Positions 12,404 to 24,829 of a stretch of 60,000 nt of DNA are shown piece by piece. Position 1 is the first letter of the stretch; each line of letters begins with the position of its first letter. The notes under the pieces are model-generated. The model was not told where the DNA came from. It ran no database searches and saw nothing but the letters and a program-made list of their open reading frames with translations. The translations under genes and the position numbers were made by a program. The stretch lies in the NCBI GenBank assembly GCA_013265495.1, contig MU057887.1:2887576-2947575 (forward strand), in the 5' to 3' direction. The stretch is from Vicugna vicugna. Its lineage: Eukaryota.

Positions 12404-14422
12404 CAAACGCAGCCCCAGAGGGGCCCCGGGAGTGGCCTTGGCTCCCTGACAAGTCCACACCTTGGCCACGGTTCCCGTCCGTCGAGGACGACACCATTCT
12501 CCGTCATCCGCCCACCCTCCGTTTCTCTGTGGCCCATCAAGGGCACCTGCTTCCTGGGCCTCCTGAGCTGAATCTGTCCGTCCGGCCGCCCGGAGGAGTC
12601 AGGCCTGGGACACTGGGACACACAGCGTGGCTGCACCGGGCATCCGTCCGTGGGAGCCTGGCCTGGCCTGCCCTCCCTACGGAGGAAGAGGAGGAGGAGG
12701 AGGCTGCAGTCCAGCTGGCCTGAAGGAGGACAGCACTGGCCCGGGGGAGGATGGACTCTCGGGCGCAGAAGTGGCCTCTCCTGGTGCCCCAGACTGTCCG
12801 AATCGCTTTTATTTTCTTACCCTTTCAGTATATTCAATAGACCAAAGATCAAAATCTATTTTAACGCGGACTCGCCCTCACCATCAGAGTCCCTGGGTTT
12901 GACTTGGCGGCACGGGGCAGAGACATGCTGGTGGCCCCGGCGGGGCGGAGGGGGCGGCCCCGCCAGAGGCCTCCGCCCCAAGGACACTACGGTGCCACCT
13001 GAGGGGCCGGGTGGGCCGGAGGACCCTGCAGCTGCTCTGCGGGACACGGCGGGCGATGTCCCCACGCAGCAGACCCGGCGGGCGCGCCTCCCCGGAAACC
13101 CAGGCCGCGTGCACACCCCGCTCCTCTGTACTTAGATGGACTTGATCGTACTAAACTCACTTTCTGTTTTAACCAGTTAAACATGCCTCTCTGCAGCTCC
13201 ATCTGGTAGTGGGATAATCCAGAATTCGCCAAGAGCATGTTGGGTCTCCCATGACGGCTGTCTCATCAGATCACCATTTAGCTCCAGAAAGCAAATTAAA
13301 GAAAACTAAAGTAACCCTTGTTTGAAAGAGATCATTAAATGTATTTTGCAAAGCCTAAAGTTATATATTTAACAGTTTTTATATGTTGTATATTTGTAGG
13401 AAGCCCTATTTAACAGTTACTGTGGCAGCCCGGGCGGTCCCGAAGGCTCTGGTGTGGGCGGCGGGGCCCGGAGCCCCGGACAGGGGGCACCCGGGCGCCG
13501 GGGAGGGCGGGGCTGGGCGGCTAGCTGCGGCCACATCCACAGCGGCGCCGCACGCCGGCCTGGGCCGGTGGAAGGGCCTGCTGTTTCTCGCTTGGTCTGG
13601 GCCGGCGGTGCCTGCCCCCCGGCCTCTGCCTTGGTGAGCACCGAGTGAGTAGGCCTTTGGTCACGGCTCCTCCGACGGATCTGTCTCCCTTTTCCTTGTT
13701 CCTCCCACACTCACAGGTCTTAAGGGCGGCCAGTCCCTTCTTCCCAGTCAGATGTCCGCTCCTTCCCAGTCTTCACGTCCGAGGTGGAGACGCGGGGGCT
13801 GGGCCGGGCCCCCGGCCTCCCCACAGCCTCCTGCGAGGCGGTGTCCCCGAGCCCCCGAATAAGGGGCCCCCAGGCCAGGTCCCCTTATTTCCCTAAGCTT
13901 CAGCTGAGGCATACTACCTAAGGGTCCAATTAACCGGAGTGTCGTGCTAGCTCTATGCTACTAAAAACAAGTTTAAAACCAGACTATATAGAAGCTGTCC
14001 CCACAACCCATAGACTAAAGACAGGAGAGAAAACCCAGTTATTTAAGACCCGTTCCGATGGCCATGAGTGTTTACCTTTCCGCCGCCGCCAGGTTAGAGG
14101 TGCCTGCGTCCTGGAGGGAAGGGGGTGGCCAAGGTTCTGTTTGTCATCGCAGAGGAGGTGGCCTGCGAGGACGCGGTCCTGGCCCCAGGCTCCGTGAGCA
14201 GGACGGCCCGGGAGGGCCCCCGGCCCAGCACGCCTCTGCCCTGCCCTGCCAGCGTCCCCACCACCCCCTCCCCGCCTGTTTCTTTGGACAGCAATGCAGG
14301 CTCTCCCAGGGCAGAGACCGGGAGATTTCCTATGTCACGGCACTTTCTTCTTGTTTTACAGTATTCAGTTTTGTGTTGATTCAGCTAAATTATGGAAATA
14401 AAGAAAAAATCCTTTGATAAGC
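12404..14422 (+). other. TAFA5: TAFA5 3' UTR (~2 kb)
   Basis: GC-rich UTR with a (GAG)n tract near 12688-12703 and AT-rich blocks at ~12800-12865, ~13125-13420, ~13910-14080 and ~14340-14420. Ends shortly after AATAAA; the exact cleavage site is inferred. Confidence 0.82.
14397..14402 (+). terminator. TAFA5: Polyadenylation signal AATAAA of TAFA5
   Basis: AATAAA preceded by U-rich sequence and followed ~20 nt later by GCA and a GU-containing element (TGGCTTCTGTT). Confidence 0.78.
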
Positions 14423-17400
14423 ATGGCTTCTGTTCGCCGGCCGCGGTGTCCTGGGAGGGGCTGCGGCTGGCATGGCGGGCGGGGACAGAGCCTCCTTCCG
14501 GGTGGTGGGCCCGCCCGCCAGACGACGCTTAGTCGAGAGCCCTCTGGGTTTTCCTGGACCCCCTGAGGATGCTCCCTGAGGCCCCACCCCCAACGAGTGG
14601 ACAGAGCCTGGCCCATAACCCCACGCCATCCCCTCTGAGGCCGTGCGCCCCTCTCCAAGCCGGTGGGGAGGTGGACAGCCGCATCTCTTCACGTCTTCCC
14701 GGGGTCTGTGAGCCAAGCCCCGCACGCTCCCCCAGACACGGGAGCAGAGCCCTACTCAGGGGCTCCCAAAGGAGACCTGAGTCTAAAGGACCCCCTTTCC
14801 AGGGAAACCTACTCCAGTCTCCAAAGAGCCATCCCTGCTGTGTTGGGAGCCCCCCGTCCGCGGCCGTGCGCCGTTGGGGGAGGCCACGCCTGCTGGGCTC
14901 CAGCAGCTCTTCACGAAACACTGATCGGCCCTGGGACCTGCGACTGGTGGTGGGTTGTGAGCCATCTGAAGCCTGTGCCTGATGTAAGGGGACCTCACTG
15001 GCCTCTGGAGCTGTTACAATGGGTGAGAGACCCCCACCCTCTGGCACAGAGCGGGCTTGTCCTGGGATGGAGGGAAAGGAAACCAGCGAAGGCCTAGCTG
15101 CTGCCACAGGGCCCCCCAGGGGGGCTCTCCCCCTCTGGGTGGGGGCCCGGGGGCCCATGTCAGAAGGGCTTTCCCCCAGGGCAGGGGGCACCTGGGGCGA
15201 GCGGCTTAGAGGCTTTGCAAACAGGCCAGGGCACCATGGACGGGAAGGAGAGGGGGCCCCACGCCCCCCTCCTCTGTCCACACAGAACAGTGAGGAGCGG
15301 GGAGGAGCCGGGGTGTGAGTGTGCCGGAGGGAACGCTGCCACCCGACAGCCACCTGCCCAGTCGCTATTCCAGAGTCTTCTGGGAGTAACAGAGGGAAAA
15401 ACAAAATCGTGACACTAGGGAAAAGACAAAGAGCTTCAGGACCACCAGCTCTCATAAAAATGGACGATCACCTTCAACCAGAGCCGGGGTGCACCTGTCA
15501 GGGTGGGCTGGGTGATGCTGCAGTAACAAACAGCCTGCCTCTGCGAAGCCGACCTTCCCATCCTCAGGGCTCTCCCCTTGCGCCCCCAGCCGGTGTGCCT
15601 GGCGGAGCCGTCTCCAGGGAGGCTCCCTCCCTCTCCGTGATCGGGGACCCTGGATCACCAGTACCGCTGCAAAGGCTTCTGCGTGGAGGTGACGCCCGCC
15701 CCGCCCGCTCTGCTCCGGCCACGCCCGCACGTCCCGGTCTCGGGGGAGAACTGTCTGCAGTGACAGTGCTGCTTCTGTTCTTTGTTGATTTGAGCTGCTG
15801 GCCTGGGTGTCTTCACCCACCAAACGGCACAGGCATCGTTGCCGCCCACCTCCAGCCCTCAGTTCCTCAGAGCGTGGAGGAGGCGTGAGTTCCCCTCCCT
15901 GCGCTGGGGGACGACACGCACGGTCTACACGGCGCCCCACCTCCGCGGAGAGCTGAGGCTGAGACAAGCATGGGCGCTGCCCCAGGAGGGAGAGAATCAG
16001 ACAGTCCTCCTGGGCCGCCGGCCGGCCCCTCCTGCAGCCCCAGGCCAGCCTTGCTCTCCGGCAGACGGAGGCCCAGTGTCCTCGGGGCACAGCCTGGGCC
16101 TGGAGGATGCCACCCGGCCGTGCGATGGGAGGGTGGGAATCTGGAGTCAGCCCGGTTTCAGCTGCTGGTGTAGGTGAGACGCACCTCCTCTGGGGGCCTC
16201 CCTGTTGGTGCACCAGAGAGGGCGGAGCTGAGCCCCCCAGGGTCCCTGAGCAACGCAGGAATCGCCTCAAAGAACAGGAGGGGCGTGGCCTTCGCCCCTA
16301 GTTGTGGCCATTTTGGGGCAGCTGCACATGTGAGCTCCACTGGCTCCCTGCTCCGTCTCTCGGAACTTGTCCCACAGCCACATTTAACAGAGAGGCCCCG
16401 TGGCCACCTGTCAGCCAGCATCCTTGGTCCTCGTCTTAGGATGTGAACCCAGGCTGCAGGAGAAGGGGAGCTGTAGGCACCTGCCTGTGGGGCTGCGGGT
16501 GCCACTTCCACAGTCACTGTCATTACGGCCATCAGGCACATGCTGGCGGTCAGTTCCTGGACCGGCCAGTCAGGTGGTGTGAACACGGCACGTGTGTGTG
16601 CGTGCCTGTGCTCTGGGTCACCCTTGTGTGCTGAGTACTTTCCAAGTCAGGGGTCCGGGGAGGAGCCTCGAGGAGCCCCACGGTCACACTCAGAGGTGTT
16701 GGTCTGGAGAGCGGCTGAGACAGGCTGACCAGTGACGGCACCACCGTCAGAACCTCGGCTGCCCGGGTGGATGCCCGCAGCCCTGCGTCCCCAAGGCCTC
16801 TCCTGCCCGTGTCCCACGCTGGCATCCGGAGGTGGTCCCTTCACCGTCCTCGTCCTGAGCTGACCGCCTCCCAGAGAGGCTGGCACCAGGGGAATCTGCG
16901 TCTCTTGAAAGCCCTTGTGGGATGTGAGGACAGGGAGACTCCCGGAGCCGCCAGGGCGCCGGGGTCAGGCAGGAGGCTGGGGCCGCACACGACCGTCCTG
17001 CCTGTCCGGCTGGTCGCAGCCGCTGGGGCACCGTGCCCGCCGCGGAGCCGGAGACAGCGCCCGTGCGGCCGTGGAGAGGACCTGATTCAGGGCCCGAGAA
17101 AGTTCCCGGGACGCTGGCCCTGCTCCCTCAGGGCCCAGGGAGAGGCAAGCTGGGGTGCCGGAGGGGCCCCGTGCTGATCCAGCCGAGGCTGAGGGAGGTG
17201 AGCGCCCGCGGGAGGGGCTGGAGGAGGCAGATGGGGGTGGGGTGTGCTCAGAGGTGAGGGCGGTGTGTGCCCCGCTGGCTGGGATGGGCGTCCGGGCTGC
17301 TCAGCACGGGCCCAGGACCCCAGGACAGCCGGGGACAGCAGCCCACACTCCCCACAGACATGTTGCCCCCACTTCCCCCAGCACGATTTACCCCCGACCC

Positions 17401-20400
17401 TGAACTTGCTGAGCCCCCACTCCCACTGAGATGAAGGCTCTGGGCACCCGTTCTACGGGTGCTGCTCACGCCCTGTGCCCTGCCCCTGGGGCTGCTGCCA
17501 CGTGGAAACGGGGGACTCAGCTGCCCCCAGACGCCCGGGCTCCGGCTGCGTGCAGGTGTTTGCAGGGGCCGCCTCGGTGACGATGTCTCAGCGCCGCTCC
17601 GGGCGGGGTTCGCACCCTGAGCCCCTGGCTGTTTCCAGAGGTCCACGTGTCCTGCCCCTCAGCCCCTGCCCCCGGGCCTCAGACGCAGGGCCTGCCACCC
17701 TCCACAGCAGCTCCCCGGCCGGGGCCGCTGCCTTGGGCATCGCTCAGCCTCCCAAGCCCCGGGCGGCGGGCTCCGCGCTCCCAGCAGTGCCCGGGGACGC
17801 CCTGCCTCCTCCCTGTGCTGCCCGTCGAGCATCCCAGCCGCACATGCCTTCTCCACTTAGTTGTTAGCTTCTTTCCAGGATACGCTGCGTCTTAAATATC
17901 TTTTATTTCTCCCTTCTGTGCCTGGGGTCATGGAATTACTTTAAAATAATAGCCACGTTTATTTTCTGCTTTTACAAATGTCACCTGATTTATTCCTTTC
18001 GCCAGAGCTGCGGGGAGGGGATCAGTCTCCTTTCTGGGGGGAGGGTTGGAGCGGGCGGCCCCTTCCTGCTGGGCGATGTCACCCTTGGCCCCCCATGGCT
18101 CTCACTGGGAGACGACTTTATCCCAGAACAAAGGGAGCCTGGAAAGGGCCCCTCCAGGCCGGCTGCACCGTCCAGCCAAACCTGAAGGCAGGAGGTGAGC
18201 CTGGGGAACAGAACAGATGCCGCCAAGGAAAAAGTCACTGTGAGGCTCGTGAAGACGCGAGGAAGACTTTGTTGAGTCCTATTGTGGCGGGGAGGCAGGG
18301 TTCCACTCCGAGCGCAGCAGCGTGGGGATTTACCGCCCAGGAGCAGAGTGGACGGGAGGCCGGCACCGAGACATCGGGGCCGGGGGATTCTTGCCGTGGG
18401 CACGTCAGCGAAGCTGGGGCTCCCTGGAGGCTGACCGCACAGGACTCTGGCTAAGACGGCCCGTCAGGGACGCACACAGAACCCCGCGGCCAGGCCTGCC
18501 GAGCACAGGACCGGGGGCCTGATAAAAATCGTTCACGGGAAGTGTGCTGGTCGTGAACTTTCTCTGAACGTGCAAAGGCGGCTTTTCGTCACTAACCTCC
18601 ACGAAGTGACCCTCTCGTTTGAGCCCAGACTCACTTCTGGGAACACAGAAGGGAGGGAAGCTCCCGCCCCGGGGCATGGCGTGGCTCGTGTCCGTGGTCG
18701 CCGCCGTGGCCCCGACGTGCTCGGGCAGGGAGAGGGGGGCGTCCTCGGAAGCGCCTTTGGGTGACGCTCGGTCTGATGCCGCCCAGACGTAGCAAGGCCA
18801 GCCCTCGGTCAGGGGCTGGCCGTAGCCCCTGGAGCAAAGCCCTTCCCTCCGGTCCAGGGAAGGCAGGCGCACCCGCCCGTGAGCAACAGGGCTGTGGTCC
18901 AGCGGGCCTGCTCAGGTCCGGGCCCTTGTGTTCCAAGGACACGCCCAGATGCCCCTGCAGCTCGGGGGCCATGCTGTCAGGGGTTCTCGGGACCGTCCCC
19001 GAGGGGTGGACGAGGCCTCACCGAGCCAGGCAGGCGGAACGGCCTGGGCTCCCTTCTGAGAGGTATGGGCGGGCTCTCCACGTGCCTGCTTGACCTCGTC
19101 CCCAAAAAGCCATCATGTGCAACATCAGCGAACACATGAGGACACACAGCCCGCTGGGGAACATTCTAACTGGGCCGAGAAGGATGAGGCCATGTCAAGG
19201 CCGAACACACGGGGCTGGGGACCCTTGCTGACGACAGACACCAGCGGGAGCCCTGCCCCTGCCTGCGCGGCCTCCCTTCAGCCACACCACTGGGGAGAGG
19301 AGGCCAGAGTGGCCTTGGGGCTGAGGTCTCAGGAGCATGAATGCAGCAGAGTCTCCCAGAGTCCACAGCAGCCAGGAGATATTGAGGTCCACTGTGCACG
19401 TGGGGAGGATGCCAACATCCCCCCAGGAAATGCCCCGTGTGGCCCGGGGGTCCCAGCTCTGCACCCTCCCGGCGTGGGTGCCCTAGATCAAGAGATGCCT
19501 CTGCCCTTCCCAGGCCCCCGAGCCCGGGAGGACGGGGTAAGAGCCCCGCTGACTCGGGCAGAGGGAGGCCCCGCAGTGAGAGCTCGGAGGGCAGAGGCGG
19601 GTCCCGGCATGGGGGCACTGGACGCAGGGGCTCCACCGCCCAGGTTTTCAAGTGTTTTGCCAGCTTCCACCCGGCACGCCCGTCAGGACCCGCGGACGCC
19701 GCAGATGTGCTAGTGAAATCGATCTGGCCAAGTCATCGATCTAACTCCTAAAGCGTCCCCCGAGCTCCCCCCACGGAGGTGCCCGCACGTGCGAGGCCAA
19801 CGGTCATAAGTCACCGCGAGAGAATGAACTTCCAACTTTCCGATAATTAGCCTGGCTTTCCTGCTTTGGATTCATAAACTTCTCCCTAGTTACGGCTGCG
19901 AGACCCTCAGTCACCGGGGAGGGAGCCAAGGCCGGGGCGCCGTCCCTCTGGGGAGACAGCCTGCGTGACGGAGGGCGTGGGAGGGGCCCCGGAGGGGCGG
20001 CAGCCGGGCACCCCATCATCACCTGCAGACGCCCCTTCATCACGAGGAAAGAAACATCTGTGGCAGCAGCGACGACACAAAGCCCCCGAAGGTCACTGGC
20101 CACCCGGGTGGCCCCTTCTGGGATTCTGTGCTCGGGCCGAAGAAGGGAATTTCTACACTGCTAGGCCTGCCTTTGCTCCAGGTGCCTTGGCTTCCATATT
20201 CCATGTTCAAGGTCAAGGTTAAGGTCAAGGCTTCGGGACTGGATGCTCTGCGGTTTGCTCAGGCCCCAGGTGGCCTCCCTGTCTGCAGCCCGCAGGGTCC
20301 ACAGGCGCCGGGCAGCCGGGCAGGTGGGCTCTGTCCCCAGGAGGCAAAACTGACTGAGGATGGAATGAGGTTTTAAGGTGAAGCTCTAGGAGGAGGGGGC

Positions 20401-21364
20401 AGGGCCACCCCTCCCGCTCCCGGTGGGCGTGGCCTCGGGGGCCCTTCTGGAGGGGGTGTCAGGATGCAGCTGCTCGAGGCTCCAGGGAGGTGCCTGACTG
20501 GGGGCAGAGGTGACGAGCAAAGGTCCTGGAGCAGCGGCAGAAAGTTGTGCTCAGACACTGAGCTGGGTGTCCGTCAGCAGAGACTCAGCTGCCAGATCGA
20601 GAAGGAAATGTTTGTTTTCCAAATTAGCTTTACAGCTGCTGTTTGATCTTGGGAGGGATGTCTGTGTCTGTGTGTCTGTGTGTCTGTCGTGTGTCAGTGG
20701 GGGTGCCGGGTGTCTGTGTGGGGCCCCAGCTCTCATTCACAGGAGGAGGGTCCCTGGGGGAGCAGGGGGTCCTCGGGGGCTCTGTGTCGTACAGCTGCTC
20801 CCAGCCTGGCATGGTGTGTGGCAGAGACAAGCCCGGCGTCCCTCCGCGGGACGTCCCCTCCACTCAGCCCCTGGGGAGCCTCTTGAGACGTCCGCAGACA
20901 CGAGTCCCGCAGACCAGGAGGCTCAGGAGGGCTGCCCAGGGGCCCGGGTCACAGCGACAGCCCACAGCGGGAGCGGCCCCAGAGCACGGATGGTCGCATC
21001 CAGTATGGTTTCCAGAGAAACTGCTGTTTTCCAAAAAAGGAAAAGAAAATATGAAGAAAGCAAAAGGTGCTATAAGGAACAGGCACACTTGGGAACCAAA
21101 GGCAGTGGCCATCGCTCCCCAGGGGGCCAGCCGTGCTCCTGGCCGCTCCCCCAGGCGCCTGCAGCGGGTCTGTCCTTGACCCTCACGGCCCCTGCTGCAC
21201 GTCATGCACACACCCATTCATCAGCTCATTCAGCACACGCCCACCCGGCATGGGGTGAGCATGGGGGGAACCGGCTCGGGGAACAGAGCAGGTGAGGTGC
21301 CGCCCTCGCTGGGTTCACATTCTGCGCAGTGCGGTGGGAGGGCAGGGGAGCCTGCTGTTGGATG

Positions 21365-21495
21365 CGGGGTGGTCAGGGCAGCCCTCTCTGACCACTGCTG
21401 TCTGGGAGGACAGGAGGGGCCTGAGGGCACATCTGGGGAGAGGCATTCTTAGAGGAAGTGCAGTAGGTGCAAAGGCCCTGAGGCAGGACTGAGTG
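21365..21495 (-). mobile_element. LINE-2 fragment
   Basis: GTGGTCAGGGCAGCCCTCTCTGA...GCAAAGGCCCTGAGGCAGGA is typical of reverse-strand L2. Confidence 0.55.
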
Positions 21496-24400
21496 CTGTG
21501 ACAGCAAGCCTTGTGGTCCCAATACCAACGACGCTTTCGAGGGCAAGTGTGTGCCACCACGTCCTTTGGGTCTGAAGTAGAGGGGACATTGTCTACCAGC
21601 TTGATATGCTGGTCTGCCCTGCATCCCCAGGGCCAGGAGGAAAGGTCCAATGAATGGGCAAAGCAATAAAGGACAGAGATGAGGCTGGAAATGCTTCCCT
21701 ACATAACAACCCTTTCCATTTGCTCATAACCCCCTGAGTGAGCCTTCCTGGAGGATCAAAATGCCGTCTGGCCTCTGGCTCCCCAGGGCAGCCAGGCATC
21801 TCGGAAACGCACCCAACCCCCCCTCCCCCGCGTCCCTGGGGGTGGGTTCCAGAGGAAAAACGATGTATGTGTTGGCACATGGTGGCCAGCCGGCCCCAGT
21901 CAGGCTGCAGACAGCAGGCAAGGGTTTTCCTAGGGCTCCGGCCCCAGGGGCTGCAGGGCCCAGGTCCCCGGTCTGTGCACGTGGGGGCAGCAGAAGGGGC
22001 CTGGGGGTCTGGGTCTCAGCCCAGCCCAGCCCAGCTGAGGAATCTGCGGGCCCCTCGGGTCCCCCCACCATTCCTTTGGGTGTTGGTTCTCCAGGGCCCT
22101 TCCTTCCAGGGAAGGACCAGGGCCGTGGCTGCCTTGAGCTCACTCCTCTGAACACGCGGGCCCCCTTCCTGGGCACAAAGCGACACAAGGGAGCAGCTCC
22201 CACCCGGAGCCCAGTCCCGGGGCTGAGCCGAACGTGGGCGGCCGCCCGGCGGCTCCGTTTCCCCCCCTCCTCACCTGCCACTGGAACAGCAGTACGTGGG
22301 CGCGGAGCCGACGTGAGTCTGGGGCCCTTCCCCCAACCCCGCTGTGCTGTGTGCTCTCGCCTGGTTCCCAGTCTAGGCCTTTCCACCTGGGACTTCTCCC
22401 AGACACGGCGCCCCTGTGGTTAGGACCTGGTCATCTGTGCAGCTTGCAGGCCCGCGGAGTCCCCTGACTGATGGGCCCGTCTGACTCCCCCACTGAGGCC
22501 TCCTGGGCACCGGCCACCACGCAGGGATGGGGAGAAGCTGTCATTTCACCAGCAGAGCATCGTGCCTCCCGGGCAGGGAATCTGCGTCCAGCCCTGCTGG
22601 CCTGGGCCGTGGCCCTGGGCTTGCTCGACCAGTGACACTGAGCGGTGTTCACACCACCTCTGAACACGGGTTTTCACAGCCATCAAGCCAGGCTGTCGGC
22701 GGTGCGCTCTCTTTCTTTCTCCTGATGCCGCCTGACAGGCGAGTCCCCCGAGCCGGGTCCCGGAGTGAAGGGACAAGGCAGAGGGCAGAACCCCCGCTGA
22801 CGGGCCGCCCTGCGGCCGCCGGGAAGGGGAGGCGATGACCGTCTCTGTTGGACCCTCCAACGCCTGGGGCCTCCGCCCGCCGCGGTGGGACTTGTCCTGG
22901 TCTGACTGAGACAAAGGCTGGAGCGGCCTTCTTTTAGGTCTCGGGGGATTAGGTGTTTGGGGCCCTGCTTTGCCTTCCTTTCCACTCTAGCTTTTTGAGA
23001 ACCCGGTCTGCACTGCACTCGGCTTCTTTTCATCTCCCCGCACTGCCACCAACATCTTCACCCCCTCCCCCTGCGCAGACCTCAGGACCGGGCCCTGGGT
23101 GAGGTCCGGACCTACGTGACAATCCAGGCAGGACTTCCTGTGGCCTCTCCAGGGCACGGGCCCTGGATGGCTCCCTCAGCCCCACAGGACACCAGTGGGA
23201 TGTGTGGGACCACCCACGGCCACACGTGCCGGGTCGCCGCCATGTGCTGGGCTGCAGATGCCCAGCACGATGTGGCAGAAATAAGAGGCCCCCTCAAAGC
23301 ATCATCTCCTTGCTCTGTTCAACCATTTCCATCTCCAGAAGGTGAGTGCCAGCCTGCCCGTGTGAGGACTTCAGAGAGAAGACGGCCCTCCCAGCCACCG
23401 AGAGATGGGCCCAAGCACGTCACTGACCACGTGGGGGCCTCTGACCGTCAAGGTGGCAGTAGACCCCCGAGTGCCCAGGACCCAGGACCACTGCCCAGTG
23501 TCAGCAGGCAGAGCACAGGGACCCCGGGGGTCAACCCGCGTCCTGCAGATTCAGCGTCACCGCGGGCTCAGAACACAAGCTGGGCACGCAGGGGCCGCAG
23601 ACGACCAGGACAGTGCGACCCAGACAGCGCTGGAATGCCTGAAAGTTCTGGGGGAGACAAGTCAGCCTTTCCAACTAGCAAAGATGTACTTTTAAAATAA
23701 GGACAAAAATAAAAAAATCTTGAAGAAAAATAAAACCTGAGACAAGGCACTCTTTTAAGACTCTGACTCCAGGAAACAGGTAAGGATGAGGCAGGAAAGA
23801 AGGTGGTCCGAGGTGGACCCTGGGTGGCCCGGGAAGGAGCAAGGAGGTGTGGAGGCGGGAGGCTGGCACCAGGAGGAGGAGGAGTTTAGGCAGCTTTCCC
23901 AAGCAAGCAGCCACGCACCCGGAGTCCGACTCGTCAGCACAAGTGCTTGAAGGCACCGAATAAAGGCAGGAGTAAATGGAGGAGGGTTTACTTCTGAAAG
24001 ATGCTACTGGCCAGGTAAGAGCTGCAGTTTTGTGGCTTTTGTGCCCAGGGCTTCTCCCAGAAACCCCCGCTGAGGCGATGAAAACACAGGCCTGGAGGGC
24101 AAGGCAGCAGGCGGCAGGGCCTGAGCATCAGGGCAGCTGGACGTGAAAGGAGGACGTCTGTGAGCGGTGGGCACAGACGGGTCCAGACCCAAGCTCTGAG
24201 CGTCAGCTCGGCCCGAGTCCCCGGCTGGTCACTAAGTGACACGGGGCCCCGGGGCAGACATGAGACAGACGCTGTGATGGTGAGGAGGAGAAGGCTGTGC
24301 CTTTGACCGAGGACACCCCCAACCTGCACAGTCCGGGCTGCTGAGAAGAGAGGCGCTCAGGCTGAAGGAGGAGCACACGGTGGCCCAGGAAGTCAGAACC

Positions 24401-24829
24401 AGAGACCAAGGGGGTAGGCAAGCCCCCACATCTGAGTACACACTCTGCCCAAACGCAGGTGAGCCAGGTGTAGGGCACACACAGAAGTCAGGGTCCCAAA
24501 GTAAGCAGAGTGGGAAGCCGAAAAGTACCAAAACAAAGCAAGCCCAGGGAACAGGAGCCCTAAGCAGAAATGACGGCTGCTCTGCACATCAGGGAGGAGA
24601 CGGGTTCCATGGCCGGCAGCAAGCAAGACGGTCACCAGCCGTCACGGGGCCAGCAGCCCTCAGGCATTTCAGAGGGCCCACAACACATTCCTCATGACAG
24701 CGAGCACTCCCCCAAAGCGTGTTGAGCGTGCAGAGGAGCAGGAGCTGGGGTCCGCACTCGGGAAAATTCCAGGCGTGGGAGCCGGATCCAAACCAGCCCT
24801 GATGCTCGCCTTACGGAGACTTCCAAGTA

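Noticed and set aside
12529..12723. ORF ending in a poly-Glu tract
   Set aside because: Lies in the TAFA5 3' UTR, out of frame; poly-E comes from a (GAG)n microsatellite.
19100..19420. Possible ERVL pol remnant
   Set aside because: Resemblance too faint to call without a profile search.
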